Source: a virus. Taken from it: a DNA stretch of 64,000 nucleotides. The notes under the pieces were generated by a model, which saw only the letters and a program-made list of their open reading frames with translations, searched no databases and was not told the origin of the DNA. Position numbers and translations under genes: made by a program. This document shows, piece after piece, positions 15,042 to 24,932 of this stretch (position 1 is its first letter; each line of letters begins with the position of its first letter). The stretch is taken from IMG/VR virus record IMGVR_UViG_3300030419_007641, positions 32,001-96,000 of that record; one strand, 5' to 3'.

Positions 15042-16028
15042 TTATAAACTCACAACCCAGTGATCAACCATTTCATCTATCATAGATTCAAAAGTATATC
15101 TAGGCTCCCATCCTGTAGCTTCTCTTAGCTTAGTACTATCACCCTTTAACACGTCTAGTTCTTCTGGTCGCAAAAACTTTTTATCTTGTGTAACAAATTT
15201 TTTCCAATCTAAATCAAGCCTTTTAAATACGTGCTTAACTAGATCTAACACTGTATGTGATACTCCTGTAGCGCATACAAAATCGCCCGACTCTTCTTGC
15301 TGCAACATTAACCACATAGCTTCCACATAATCTTTTGCATGCCCCCAGTCTCGAGCTGCATGTAAATTTCCTAAAGTTAATTCCTTACTAAGGCCCTTTG
15401 ATATTTCTACAGCTCCTTTAGCTACTTTGTTAGTAACAAAATTGCTTCCGCGTCTTGGAGACTCGTGATTAAAAAGTATCCCATTAGAAATAAACATACC
15501 ATATGAATTTCTGTAGTTGCGGCAAATATTATATGAAAAGACTTTAGCACAACCATATGGTGATACCGGGTGCATTAAAGTAGTTTCACGTTGATAGCCA
15601 TCTTCGTCAATATTATTACCAAACATTTCAGAAGAAGATGCTTGATAAATTTTAGCATCTGGTTTTATGAGGCGAACTGCCTCTAATAAATTTAGGGTAC
15701 CAATACCAGTTGTATTTGCTGTATATATTGGCTGATCAAAAGATACTCTTACATGTGATTGCGCTGCAAGATTATATACCTCGTCGGGTTGAGACTCTTG
15801 AATAATTCTAACAAGAGACGATAGATCAGTCATATCTACGTACTGTAAATTATTCTTAATCTTATCGTAAACATCATTTAAACGGGCAGTTTGATTCTCT
15901 GCAACGGAATTACGTTTTACTGTTCCCCATACTTCATATCCTTTATCTACTAAAAATTCAGCGAGATAAGAACCATCCTGTCCATTTATACCTGTAATGA
16001 GAGCTACTTTACCGTCTTGCTTTGTCAT
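15042..16028 (-). CDS. gmd: GDP-mannose 4,6-dehydratase
   Basis: GINGQDGSYLAE, YNLAAQSHVRVSF, YQASSSEMFG, SPYGCAK, LFNHESPRRG, RDWGHAKDYV. Confidence 0.97.
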   Translation of the reverse strand: MTKQDGKVALITGINGQDGSYLAEFLVDKGYEVWGTVKRNSVAENQTARLNDVYDKIKNNLQYVDMTDLSSLVRIIQESQPDEVYNLAAQSHVRVSFDQPIYTANTTGIGTLNLLEAVRLIKPDAKIYQASSSEMFGNNIDEDGYQRETTLMHPVSPYGCAKVFSYNICRNYRNSYGMFISNGILFNHESPRRGSNFVTNKVAKGAVEISKGLSKELTLGNLHAARDWGHAKDYVEAMWLMLQQEESGDFVCATGVSHTVLDLVKHVFKRLDLDWKKFVTQDKKFLRPEELDVLKGDSTKLREATGWEPRYTFESMIDEMVDHWVVSL

Positions 16029-16941
16029 AATTTTCTTTAAACCATTCTACTGTTTGTTTTATTCCTTCTTCGATTGGCGTAAACTTAAATGCTGGTACTA
16101 AGCTCTTTATTAGCGAATTGTCTGATGGCTTTCTATATTGACCATCAGGCTTTGACCTATCAAATTTTACCTTACCAGTAAATTTAAATTCCTTTACTAA
16201 TAAATCAACTAGATGTTCGATACTTATTTCATCTGAAGTAGATAAAATAAGAGGATCTTCTCCATCATAGTTATGAAGCACCCACTTTGTAAGCTCTGCT
16301 ACGTCGCGCGAGAAAATAAACTCGCGAAGAGGCTTCCCTGACCCCCATACATTAAAATCTGTACCGTCACGCTGCGCCTTGTACAATTTATGAATAAGCA
16401 TAGGTACTACATGACCATGCTCTAAGGAAAAGTTATCATTAGGTCCATAGATATTTGTAGGTATTACACAAGAATATTTTCGTCCGTATTGCTCCCTGTA
16501 TGCTCTAATTTGAACCTCTGCCATCCTCTTAGCATGGGCATAACCAAAATTAGATTCATGTGGTTCTCCTAAATGAATTTTTGTATGATCTAGAGGATAT
16601 TCAACATCTGCCGGGAATGCACATGTAGTCAAAAACGCTACTAACCTTTTAACGCCCCATACATTAGCTTGATCAATAACGTTGGTGTTCATCATTAAAT
16701 TTTTATAGAAATACTCACCTTTATATTTCATATTTGAACCCAAACCCCCAACCTTAGCCGCGGCATGTATAACCTTTGTAGGTCGGTGGTTCATAAACAT
16801 TGAATTTACTTGCGACTGTTTAGTTAAATTATACTGACTGCTACCTATTGAAGTTACTTCATCGGATGTCGAATTATAAGCTTCAGCTAAAGCACGTCCG
16901 ACCAGACCCGAGCCACCGGTTATCAGAATCTTTTCCCTCAT
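16009..16941 (-). CDS. fcl: GDP-L-fucose synthase
   Basis: GGSGLVG, AAAKVGG, HESNFGYAHAKR, PTNIYGPNDNF, WGSGKPLREF, KPDGQYRK. Confidence 0.95.
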   Translation of the reverse strand: MREKILITGGSGLVGRALAEAYNSTSDEVTSIGSSQYNLTKQSQVNSMFMNHRPTKVIHAAAKVGGLGSNMKYKGEYFYKNLMMNTNVIDQANVWGVKRLVAFLTTCAFPADVEYPLDHTKIHLGEPHESNFGYAHAKRMAEVQIRAYREQYGRKYSCVIPTNIYGPNDNFSLEHGHVVPMLIHKLYKAQRDGTDFNVWGSGKPLREFIFSRDVAELTKWVLHNYDGEDPLILSTSDEISIEHLVDLLVKEFKFTGKVKFDRSKPDGQYRKPSDNSLIKSLVPAFKFTPIEEGIKQTVEWFKENYDKARR

Positions 16942-17816
16942 ATAGATATATTAGCTAACGCCTTTTTAATTGCAACCTCCTCATCAAGAAGTCTAAATCC
17001 ATACTCCTTTTCCAGCTTCTTAGTGCTAAGGATACAATTAGATCTGTTAGCTTTTGTATTGAGCTCTTCGAAGTGTACCCATTTCCAGCTTGTATTATGC
17101 AATCCTTTTTCTTTCATTATACCTGTAACTTGGTCTGTAGATAGAGGAACAGGGTTTACAAAATTTAAAATGTTTTTCTCCTTAGCAGGGTATTTTCCTT
17201 TAATGAACAATGTAATAAAATTTACTAGATCGGGAATATAGGTCTTTGAATTAACATACGTAACTAAGTTGTCATAGTTTAATAACTTAGTCAGTATAGA
17301 TCTCTCATGAAGGTTATTGCAAAAAGGCATTCTTACTCTTAGTATTAATCCGTAGTCACTTCCTAACTCATATGCGTGCTTGCTTTTAGAATATGTAGAA
17401 GCTTCTTCATCAAACAAACCAAAATTAGGATCATCCTTTTCTGTGTATTGCTTTTCATACCCATTATATATACATCCTGAAGAAATATGAATATAATTAA
17501 TACCGTGCAATTTGCACATATTACTTACGCGTAAAGGGGCAAATGTATTAAGCTCGTAGCATAGATCTTGTTTTTCTTCTGCCTGATCCACATTTGGTCG
17601 ACCCGTAAACCCGGAACAATTAATTACGTAATCGTATTTTGCTACGGCGCCAGGTCTGCCAGTTGGTGACTGCCTGTAGAGTAGTCGCTTAACAAGGGTA
17701 TTGACATCAGTATAATTAAACCATTTTTTACTCTCAAAATCTACAGAAGCAAATGATTTTAGTTTGTCATTGAGATAGCTCCCAATGTAACCTTTTCCTA
17801 ATATTAATATGTTCAT
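16938..17816 (-). CDS. NDP-4-keto-6-deoxyglucose 3,5-epimerase/4-reductase (UER/RmlD-like)
   Basis: GKGYIG, CSGFTGRPNVDQAE (cf. the plant UER/RHM GRPNVDWCE), SSGCIY, STYSKSK, LILRVRMP. Confidence 0.8.
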   Translation of the reverse strand: MNILILGKGYIGSYLNDKLKSFASVDFESKKWFNYTDVNTLVKRLLYRQSPTGRPGAVAKYDYVINCSGFTGRPNVDQAEEKQDLCYELNTFAPLRVSNMCKLHGINYIHISSGCIYNGYEKQYTEKDDPNFGLFDEEASTYSKSKHAYELGSDYGLILRVRMPFCNNLHERSILTKLLNYDNLVTYVNSKTYIPDLVNFITLFIKGKYPAKEKNILNFVNPVPLSTDQVTGIMKEKGLHNTSWKWVHFEELNTKANRSNCILSTKKLEKEYGFRLLDEEVAIKKALANISI

Positions 17817-18868
17817 ATTTCTAAAGTAGAGGTCTCATATATTTTACTATGCGTCTTTGTACATCTTACGAACGTAGCGCATTTAGATAAATGCTTTAAT
17901 TTTGAAGCACCTACATAAGTACACGCGCTTCTTACACCTCCTAAAATGTCTTGTATAATACCCTCCATCGGCCCTTTATATGGAATAGCAACTCTTCTAC
18001 CTTCGGATGTTCTATAATCCTTTAATCCGCCGTTGTGCTTTTCATTGGCCTTCTTACTACTCATACCATAAAACTCAACATATTCTTTATCAAGGATCGT
18101 GACCTTTTCGCCTCCTCCTTCTGTTGACCCGGCTAACATAGACCCTAGCATTACAAAATCAGCTCCTGCTCCAAATGCTTTAGCTACATCACCGGGTGTA
18201 GTACACCCACCATCAGCAATAATATGACCATTAAGTCCATGAGCTGCATCAGCGCATTCAGCAATACAACTAAACTGTGGATAGCCAACTCCTGTTTTAA
18301 TTCTAGTTGTGCACACACTTCCGGATCCTATTCCAACCTTAACTACATCTGCTCCAGCTAAGAGTAGCTCTTCGACCATCTCACCAGTTACAACATTGCC
18401 GGCGAATATATTTGAGTCAGGGTAGCTATCTCTAACCTTTCTTACAAAGTCAACAAACGCTTGACTGTAACCATTTGCAACATCTACACAAATATTTTTA
18501 ACTTTAACATGCTTACTAATACGTCTTAATTTATTAAAGTCATTATCATTTCTTCCAATGGAAACAGCTACATTCTCTCGTTGCTTATTTACAGTATAGA
18601 GGCTTAGCGCATCTATTAGAGAGTTTTCATCAATATCCTTTTTATAGCAGGTAAACAGGTTTAATGATGAAAGCGTTTCACCAACTTCTAACTCACCAAC
18701 ACCGTCCATATTGGCAGCCATAATAGGTATGCCTTCAAAATATGACCCGCCGTGTAAAAAATTATACGTTCTACGCAGGTCTACATCTCTTCTAGATGTG
18801 AGTGTAGATCTCTTTGGTCTAATAAGCACATCGTCGAAGTCTAATTTAAGATCAGTTTCTATACGCAT
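17813..18868 (-). CDS. guaC: GMP reductase
   Basis: LDFDDVLIRPKRSTLTSR, CVDVANGYS, KVGIGSGSVCTTR, RTSEG, GGVRSACTYVGA. Confidence 0.96.
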   Translation of the reverse strand: MRIETDLKLDFDDVLIRPKRSTLTSRRDVDLRRTYNFLHGGSYFEGIPIMAANMDGVGELEVGETLSSLNLFTCYKKDIDENSLIDALSLYTVNKQRENVAVSIGRNDNDFNKLRRISKHVKVKNICVDVANGYSQAFVDFVRKVRDSYPDSNIFAGNVVTGEMVEELLLAGADVVKVGIGSGSVCTTRIKTGVGYPQFSCIAECADAAHGLNGHIIADGGCTTPGDVAKAFGAGADFVMLGSMLAGSTEGGGEKVTILDKEYVEFYGMSSKKANEKHNGGLKDYRTSEGRRVAIPYKGPMEGIIQDILGGVRSACTYVGASKLKHLSKCATFVRCTKTHSKIYETSTLEI

Positions 18869-18906
18869 TCCTTTATATTATAAAGGACTAATGAATAATT
18901 CAACTC

Positions 18907-19122
18907 TTAATCTTCATCAACATCAGTAATCAGCCCTTTAATCGCTTCAACACTAGCTTCTCCCTCACTTAAGACCTCTTCAATATCCTCTACAAATTGA
19001 TCAGCTGCTGATTCTAATTCATAATCCTCCGTTGAATCTAATAGCTCTTTAACGTCATAAAGAGAATCGTATAATGTTTGAACTTTTGTATCAAATTTTT
19101 TAAGTAATGAAGACCTTGTCAT
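18907..19122 (-). CDS. acidic hypothetical protein
   Basis: ORF track; TAAATA at 19130..19135 upstream. Confidence 0.65.
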   Translation of the reverse strand: MTRSSLLKKFDTKVQTLYDSLYDVKELLDSTEDYELESAADQFVEDIEEVLSEGEASVEAIKGLITDVDED

Positions 19123-19129
19123 GCTACTC

Positions 19130-19143
19130 TATTTATATAAATA
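19130..19143. promoter_or_regulatory. palindromic bidirectional late promoter TATTTATATAAATA
   Basis: Perfect 14-bp palindrome between divergent genes; contains TATAAATA on both strands. Confidence 0.65.
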
Positions 19144-19152
19144 CATTTATCA

Positions 19153-19776
19153 ATGTCTTTCAAAAGTCAAGTAAATTTAATTCTAGAAAAAAATGAAGGT
19201 TATAAGCCGATTACCTTGCCCTATAAGCTTGATGCACTAGAACCTGTAATTAGTTATAAAACTAATAATTTTCATTATAATGATCACTACAAAGGATACG
19301 TCAAAAAGCTTAATAAGGCAATGGGAAGTAGAAGAAAGCCACCTCTGCCCGAGTTAGTAACAAATATTAAAAAATATAATGATAAAATTAGAGACAATGC
19401 GGGAGGAGCTTATAATCATCAATTGTTTTTTAACATGTTAACAACTGGTGGTAGTGAACTAACAGGAGAATTAAAGGATATAATTAACAAGCGTTTTGGA
19501 TCAGTTGCTAACTTCAAGTCTAAATTTATTGAAAATGCCTTGGATCAATTTGGATCCGGATGGGGCTGGCTTGTAGAAAAAAATGGAAGATTGGACATTG
19601 TGCGTACAGCTAATCAAGATAATCCTTTAATGCACAATATGGGGAGGCCGATCCTAGGAGTTGATGTCTGGGAGCATGCTTATTATCTCACCTATGGTCC
19701 TAAGAGAAAGGAATGGCTAAAGAAGTTCTTTGATATTGTTAACTGGAATTTTTGCTCAGCTCTTCTAGCAACTTAG
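19153..19776 (+). CDS. sod: Fe/Mn superoxide dismutase with an extra N-terminal leader
   Basis: LPYKLDALEP, HYNDH, YNHQLFF, FGSGWGWL, NQDNP, DVWEHAYY. Confidence 0.95.
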   Translation: MSFKSQVNLILEKNEGYKPITLPYKLDALEPVISYKTNNFHYNDHYKGYVKKLNKAMGSRRKPPLPELVTNIKKYNDKIRDNAGGAYNHQLFFNMLTTGGSELTGELKDIINKRFGSVANFKSKFIENALDQFGSGWGWLVEKNGRLDIVRTANQDNPLMHNMGRPILGVDVWEHAYYLTYGPKRKEWLKKFFDIVNWNFCSALLAT

Positions 19777-20477
19777 CTATTTGGATTCATAAAGAAAATC
19801 TGACAAGAATTTCTAGATCCTTGCAAACTAACATTATCACTTCCGACTCCATGCCATGTTTTATCTGTACGTGTAAAACACACCAACCGGTTGGGTAAAA
19901 ATTCAGCCTTCTTATACTCTTTTAGAAGTTTTGTACCTGCATCTCTGGTATTAATATAGCTTCCAGTACCCTCTTCATAAATAGAAAGTCCAAGATCTCT
20001 ATTAGTATCATCAACAGGGCAGTAAAATAACAGAGTAAATACATTACCAGGTTGATCTGTGTGTGGTAAAATCTTATAATCAGTCTGATCTTTAATAAGA
20101 CAAAAATCTAAATATTGATAACTGTCTCGCTTTATACTAAATGTTTCAGATAGAGCAGTAAATAATTTATTTTGATTCTCCAACCACAATCCTGTAAATT
20201 CATTTATTTTATTGTAGTTTGGAAATTTATTTTGCTCCTTCACAAACGAAATAATCCTGTCGCCTACTGAATGTGTCTCACCTACCAATCCTCCTTGCTC
20301 ACGATACACCTCAACATTTTCACGGTTATCAGATGCTTCTAGAAGATTAATTTCATTAATTTCTTGAGCTAAAATTTTGTAGTCATCTTCTGGTATAAAG
20401 TTATCAATGATAAGATGCTCATAAGGCTCTTTAAAAGTTTCTGTAGTTTTAATTTTATGTAAAATATACTCTAACAT
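19773..20477 (-). CDS. 2OG-Fe(II) oxygenase
   Basis: PHTD...TLLFY...TWHGV...RNS. Confidence 0.85.
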   Translation of the reverse strand: MLEYILHKIKTTETFKEPYEHLIIDNFIPEDDYKILAQEINEINLLEASDNRENVEVYREQGGLVGETHSVGDRIISFVKEQNKFPNYNKINEFTGLWLENQNKLFTALSETFSIKRDSYQYLDFCLIKDQTDYKILPHTDQPGNVFTLLFYCPVDDTNRDLGLSIYEEGTGSYINTRDAGTKLLKEYKKAEFLPNRLVCFTRTDKTWHGVGSDNVSLQGSRNSCQIFFMNPNS

Positions 20478-20496
20478 CTTTGCTATTTAGTAAGGA

Positions 20497-21186
20497 TTAC
20501 TTGCTATTCAACTGATGTTGTAAGATAGCTTCTACCTCAGCTTTCATATAATTTATATGATAGGATAAGAATCTATCATCCTGTAAGTAAAATATTACAC
20601 ATTTTCTACACCTCTTACCAGACATCTTTTCATACAAATATGCATAAAGTGACAATTGTAGCCCATATAAATTAAACTCACAATTGTGTAGATGGCTTAC
20701 TGGATCCTTCAAGCGCTCTGAGTAAGGCGAACTAAACCTAAACCGTTTATTGGTTTTAAAATCTCCAATTGTAAATTCATGCTTATGTTCGTATATAAGA
20801 TCTGCTGTTCCTGCTACACCATTATCTTCATCATATAAAAGGTTCTCACTTAAAACATTTTTAAATGAATCTATAGAGCGCTCCACAGCCTTGTCATAAG
20901 ATTTACACAACCACCCATAATTATCCTCCACATCTCCATAGTTAATATAATCTTCAAGCACTGCATGAATATTGGTACCCCTAGTACATGCTTTGTTCTT
21001 TTCTTGCTCCCACATTTCTAGCACTAACTCCTGAGGCACACCTTCTCTATCTGCTACTCTCTTTGAATGGCCATCTCTATCGAAAGGTTGCTTATACTCA
21101 CCTAGTAGAGTTGTTACTGATATAAAGGGTTCGTTTGTGTCTACATGAGTGTATGTATGAGATTTTTCATCGAATTTAATTTTCAC
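20497..21186 (-). CDS. PD-(D/E)XK exonuclease (Cas4/exonuclease-like)
   Basis: SVTTLL, RGTNIH, AGTADL...DFKT, QLSLY. Confidence 0.85.
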   Translation of the reverse strand: MKIKFDEKSHTYTHVDTNEPFISVTTLLGEYKQPFDRDGHSKRVADREGVPQELVLEMWEQEKNKACTRGTNIHAVLEDYINYGDVEDNYGWLCKSYDKAVERSIDSFKNVLSENLLYDEDNGVAGTADLIYEHKHEFTIGDFKTNKRFRFSSPYSERLKDPVSHLHNCEFNLYGLQLSLYAYLYEKMSGKRCRKCVIFYLQDDRFLSYHINYMKAEVEAILQHQLNSK

Positions 21187-21238
21187 CTATCTTATTATAT
21201 CTAGGATTCCTCTATTTCAAGACTATAAATAATATAGT

Positions 21239-21556
21239 ATGGAACCTGATAAGTCCTTGTTAAACGAGTTTGTAAGTGGTGGATGGATTGTACCTCTCAT
21301 AGGAGCAGGTGGTATGCTGGCGCGCTTACTGTCCTCAGGTAATAAACTAACGTGGGTTCAGCAACTCAAAAAAATTCTCACCGCTGCTATTGCATCATTA
21401 ATAGCTTGGTTTGTGCTAGAACAAACAGAGATATCCTCACTATATAAGGCCATGACATATGGTATCATAGGTGTTATATCACCTGAGGTTATAACAGGAA
21501 TTGTAAAACTTGGTAAGCGCTTTGCTGATAATCCAGAAAAGATTATAGAAAAATGA
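21239..21556 (+). CDS. multi-TM membrane protein, holin-like
   Basis: Three hydrophobic segments; TATAAATA 7 nt upstream. Confidence 0.55.
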   Translation: MEPDKSLLNEFVSGGWIVPLIGAGGMLARLLSSGNKLTWVQQLKKILTAAIASLIAWFVLEQTEISSLYKAMTYGIIGVISPEVITGIVKLGKRFADNPEKIIEK

Positions 21557-21792
21557 AACCAAAGTATTTAGTTTATATACTAACAGCTATAATTGTAGCA
21601 TTTGTACTACGTGGTTACTTTGCTGCGGAGGAGGTACAATTAATATTACAGGCAGCAGAGCAAGGCGAAACAGAACATATTAACTGCCCTGCGGCATGTG
21701 AATCAATCGATAACTTTCAAACACATTTAATATTATCTGCTGTTTTTGCTGTTTCTATAGCTACATGTTGTCGATTAAAAGCTCCGAAGTAA
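21553..21792 (+). CDS. two-TM membrane protein
   Basis: ORF track; ATGA-type overlap. Confidence 0.6.
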   Translation: MKPKYLVYILTAIIVAFVLRGYFAAEEVQLILQAAEQGETEHINCPAACESIDNFQTHLILSAVFAVSIATCCRLKAPK

Positions 21793-21816
21793 TTACTTCT
21801 TACCATAAATATACAT

Positions 21817-23997
21817 ATGGGAATTAAAATTACTGATTTACCCGACAACCAATTACCATATGGTGGTAGTGAATTAGCAGCGGTAGTTCAAGGCGGGCAA
21901 ACTCGCCGTGCAGAATTGAGCACATTTCTCAATTATTTATCCGGGGCTGAATATGATATTGACCATGGAGGGTCTAATAAACCTGTTCAACCTCTTGCTT
22001 CACCACTAAAAAACAATCATTTTTGTACTACGCAAACTATTGCTAGTGACTTAAGCGCTACAGGAAAACTAGTTATTGGATGCTTAAATTCTTCGAACTA
22101 TGACCACTCTTCTGTAGCTGGTGGATGCTGTAATGCAAATGGCGGTGAGTGTGGATTTATTGGGGGAGGCGCATGCAACTGTGTCGTTGATGGAGCTACC
22201 ACCGCTACGATTGTTGCGGGGTGTAAGAATTACACGGAGGGGAGTTACGTGTTTATTGGCGGTGGTATTTGCAATGAGTCTTTTTCAGACTATAATACTT
22301 TGGGAGGTGGAACCTACAACGAAATTAGTGGTGAGCACAGCTCAATAGTAGGTGGATTTAGCAGCAGAGTCCCTGGATCATGCTCGTTTATTGGCGGTGG
22401 CACTAACAACATAGCATGTGGAGCTGGATCAACTATAGTTGGTGGAATATGCTCAATTGCAACAGGCGCTCAATCATTTATTGGTGGAGGTTGCTGTCAA
22501 CGCACTGTTGGAGCTGGTTCTTCGCTTGGCGGTGGATTTAGCAGCAGAACCACTGGGACATGCTCTGTAATTGGAGGCGGTCGTCAGAACCAGACAACCG
22601 CAAATCTGACGACAATCGGCGGTGGCGGGGGTAACTTCGCAATAGGCTTATCATCAACAATAGCTGGTGGTGCTGCTAATTACACTTGTGGAGAATTATC
22701 ATTCATTGGTGGTGGTAAATTAAATTTAACTAATGCGGGTTGTTCAACAGTTGCTGGGGGAATGAGCAGCATAGCTACAGGAATAGCATCTACAGTTGGT
22801 GGAGGATTAAGCAGTACTGCTAGTGGTGTCTTTGCTACGGTAGCAGGAGGCGGGTGTAATAATGCTAGTGGTGAAGGTGCTTTTATAGGCGGTGGAAGAT
22901 GTAACATAGCAACTGGAACATGTTCTACTATTGGTGGTGGTTGTAATAACCGATCATTAGGAGTAGGTTCAGCTATAGCTGGTGGTATCAGTGGATTTGC
23001 CTCCGGTGCCTGTTCTACTATCGCCGGTGGATGTAAGAATACAGCTGCAGGAGAATTTTCATTTGTAGGTGGAGGTCGGTCTAATGAAGCATGTGCCGAC
23101 GGTTCTATGATAGCCGGTGGTAGTGACAACTGTGTAACAACTACAGGGTTAAGCGGATTTATAGGTGGCGGATTTTCGAACACCGTCTCATGCGGAGGTG
23201 GTACTGTGGTAGCTGGTAACTTTAATACTACAGGAAATGCTGATGCTATTATAGGAGCGGGTAGTTATAACTGCGCTACTGGTCTTCGCTCTACTGTGGT
23301 AGGTGGAATCAGTAGCTGCGCATCGGGTGCAGACACATTTATTGGCGCTGGGTGCCATAACTGCGCCACCGATGCTTTTGGTTCAGTACTCGGTGGATTC
23401 TGCAATTGCAATACTGGTACCTGCTCTACTATTGGTGGTGGAGCATGCAACATAGTTACAGGAGCCGGGTCGACTGTCGGTGGTGGTTTAAGCTCCATAG
23501 CTAGCAACTGCTTGTCATTTGTGGGTGCCGGTAAAGAAAACAGATCAAGTGGACCGTATTCAGTTATTGGAGGCGGTCATTTAAATAAAGCTACTGCGCA
23601 TGGAGCGACTGTTCCAGGTGGATCTTACAATGAGGCGACTGCCGCTTCAGCGGCTATTGGTGGTGGTAACTGTAATTTTAGTACCGCTACCTGTAGTACA
23701 GTTGTAGGAGGAAAGAGTGGATGCGCTACTGCGGTAAACGCTACAGTATTAGGTGGGCTCAACAACCGAGCAGCCGGAGCATGCAGCGTGGTGGGCGGTG
23801 ACAATAACTGTTCATCTCACACCGGTGGTCATATTTTAGGTTCAAACACAAATTCAATCTCAGCTCATGCGTTCCATACGAACAGATTATTTTTAAGTGC
23901 TGGTGCTCTTTTAACTTCAGACCCAGGTATAGCAGGACAGGTGTATTTAAGTGGTGGTGGTGCAGCTGGATATGCATTGATGATAAGCAATCCATAA
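21817..23997 (+). CDS. Gly/Cys-rich beta-roll repeat fibre protein
   Basis: KITDLP N-terminus; dozens of ~15-aa repeats xxIGGGxxNxAxGxxS; late promoter. Confidence 0.8.
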   Translation: MGIKITDLPDNQLPYGGSELAAVVQGGQTRRAELSTFLNYLSGAEYDIDHGGSNKPVQPLASPLKNNHFCTTQTIASDLSATGKLVIGCLNSSNYDHSSVAGGCCNANGGECGFIGGGACNCVVDGATTATIVAGCKNYTEGSYVFIGGGICNESFSDYNTLGGGTYNEISGEHSSIVGGFSSRVPGSCSFIGGGTNNIACGAGSTIVGGICSIATGAQSFIGGGCCQRTVGAGSSLGGGFSSRTTGTCSVIGGGRQNQTTANLTTIGGGGGNFAIGLSSTIAGGAANYTCGELSFIGGGKLNLTNAGCSTVAGGMSSIATGIASTVGGGLSSTASGVFATVAGGGCNNASGEGAFIGGGRCNIATGTCSTIGGGCNNRSLGVGSAIAGGISGFASGACSTIAGGCKNTAAGEFSFVGGGRSNEACADGSMIAGGSDNCVTTTGLSGFIGGGFSNTVSCGGGTVVAGNFNTTGNADAIIGAGSYNCATGLRSTVVGGISSCASGADTFIGAGCHNCATDAFGSVLGGFCNCNTGTCSTIGGGACNIVTGAGSTVGGGLSSIASNCLSFVGAGKENRSSGPYSVIGGGHLNKATAHGATVPGGSYNEATAASAAIGGGNCNFSTATCSTVVGGKSGCATAVNATVLGGLNNRAAGACSVVGGDNNCSSHTGGHILGSNTNSISAHAFHTNRLFLSAGALLTSDPGIAGQVYLSGGGAAGYALMISNP

Positions 23998-24032
23998 GTT
24001 GCAATATATGATAAAACGTCATAATTATATCA

Positions 24033-24932
24033 ATGGCGACAACTGTATTTCAAATCGAAGGTGGTGTAGGAAAACATATAGCTGCTACGGCTGTAATAAG
24101 GGCATATAAAAATGCCTACCCTAAGAGGAAGATAGTAGTAGTATGTGCCTTTCCAGAAATCTTTTTAAGAAATAAAGATGTTACGAGACATTACAGGCTA
24201 GGAATGGTGCCTTATTTTTATGAAGATTTTATCTTAAAGAAGGATGTAGAAATATATGCCCAGGATCCTTATAGACAAACTAAGCATATAACCAAACAAA
24301 GCCATTTAGTAGAGACATGGTGTGACATGATTGGTGTACCATATAATAATGAATCAACAGTTATGCCTTTTAACTTTAGAGAAAAAGAAGTCGGGGCAGC
24401 AATGATTGATAGCATTATACCTAAGAATGGTAAGCCGCTTTTAATTTTTCAGCCATTTGGCGGGCCAGGAAAAGATCACCAACAACATCCTTATGCTTGG
24501 ACTAGAGATATGCATCCCCATATAGCACAAGCTGCGGTAGATCAATTAAAAGACAAATACAACATTTTACATATATGCTATGACTTTCATCCAACTCTCA
24601 ATGATTGCATTCGGTATGATAGTATGGTGTCGAAGAAAGAACTATTTAGCTTGCTGCCATGGTCTGAAAAAAGATTGTTTATTGATTCTTCTTTACAGCA
24701 TGCCGCGGCCGCAATGAGCCTACCTTCAGTTGTAGCATGGGTAGCTACAAAACCAGAGCAATTTGGCTACCCTCTTCATAACAATTTAAGACCAGCTAAG
24801 GAATTTCCACGTGGCCTGATTGACTCGTATCTATATGATTATAATTTCTCCGGAGTAATTCATGAATGTCCTTACGAGGACATGGAAGATATTTACAGCA
24901 CGGATACGATTGTTAATGCTGTCCTGGCTTAG
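24033..24932 (+). CDS. GT9-like (heptosyltransferase-fold) glycosyltransferase
   Basis: EGGVGKHIAATAVIRAYK...YP..I; FIDSSLQHAAAAM..PSVV. Confidence 0.7.
   Translation: MATTVFQIEGGVGKHIAATAVIRAYKNAYPKRKIVVVCAFPEIFLRNKDVTRHYRLGMVPYFYEDFILKKDVEIYAQDPYRQTKHITKQSHLVETWCDMIGVPYNNESTVMPFNFREKEVGAAMIDSIIPKNGKPLLIFQPFGGPGKDHQQHPYAWTRDMHPHIAQAAVDQLKDKYNILHICYDFHPTLNDCIRYDSMVSKKELFSLLPWSEKRLFIDSSLQHAAAAMSLPSVVAWVATKPEQFGYPLHNNLRPAKEFPRGLIDSYLYDYNFSGVIHECPYEDMEDIYSTDTIVNAVLA

Noticed and set aside
20497-21186. CRISPR-Cas locus suggested by the Cas4-like nuclease
   Set aside because: No repeat-spacer array or other cas genes; stand-alone nucleases of this type are common in phages.
21817-23997. YadA-type autotransporter or CRISPR-like DNA repeat
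   Set aside because: No signal peptide or beta-barrel anchor; the repeats are degenerate at DNA level and purely coding.
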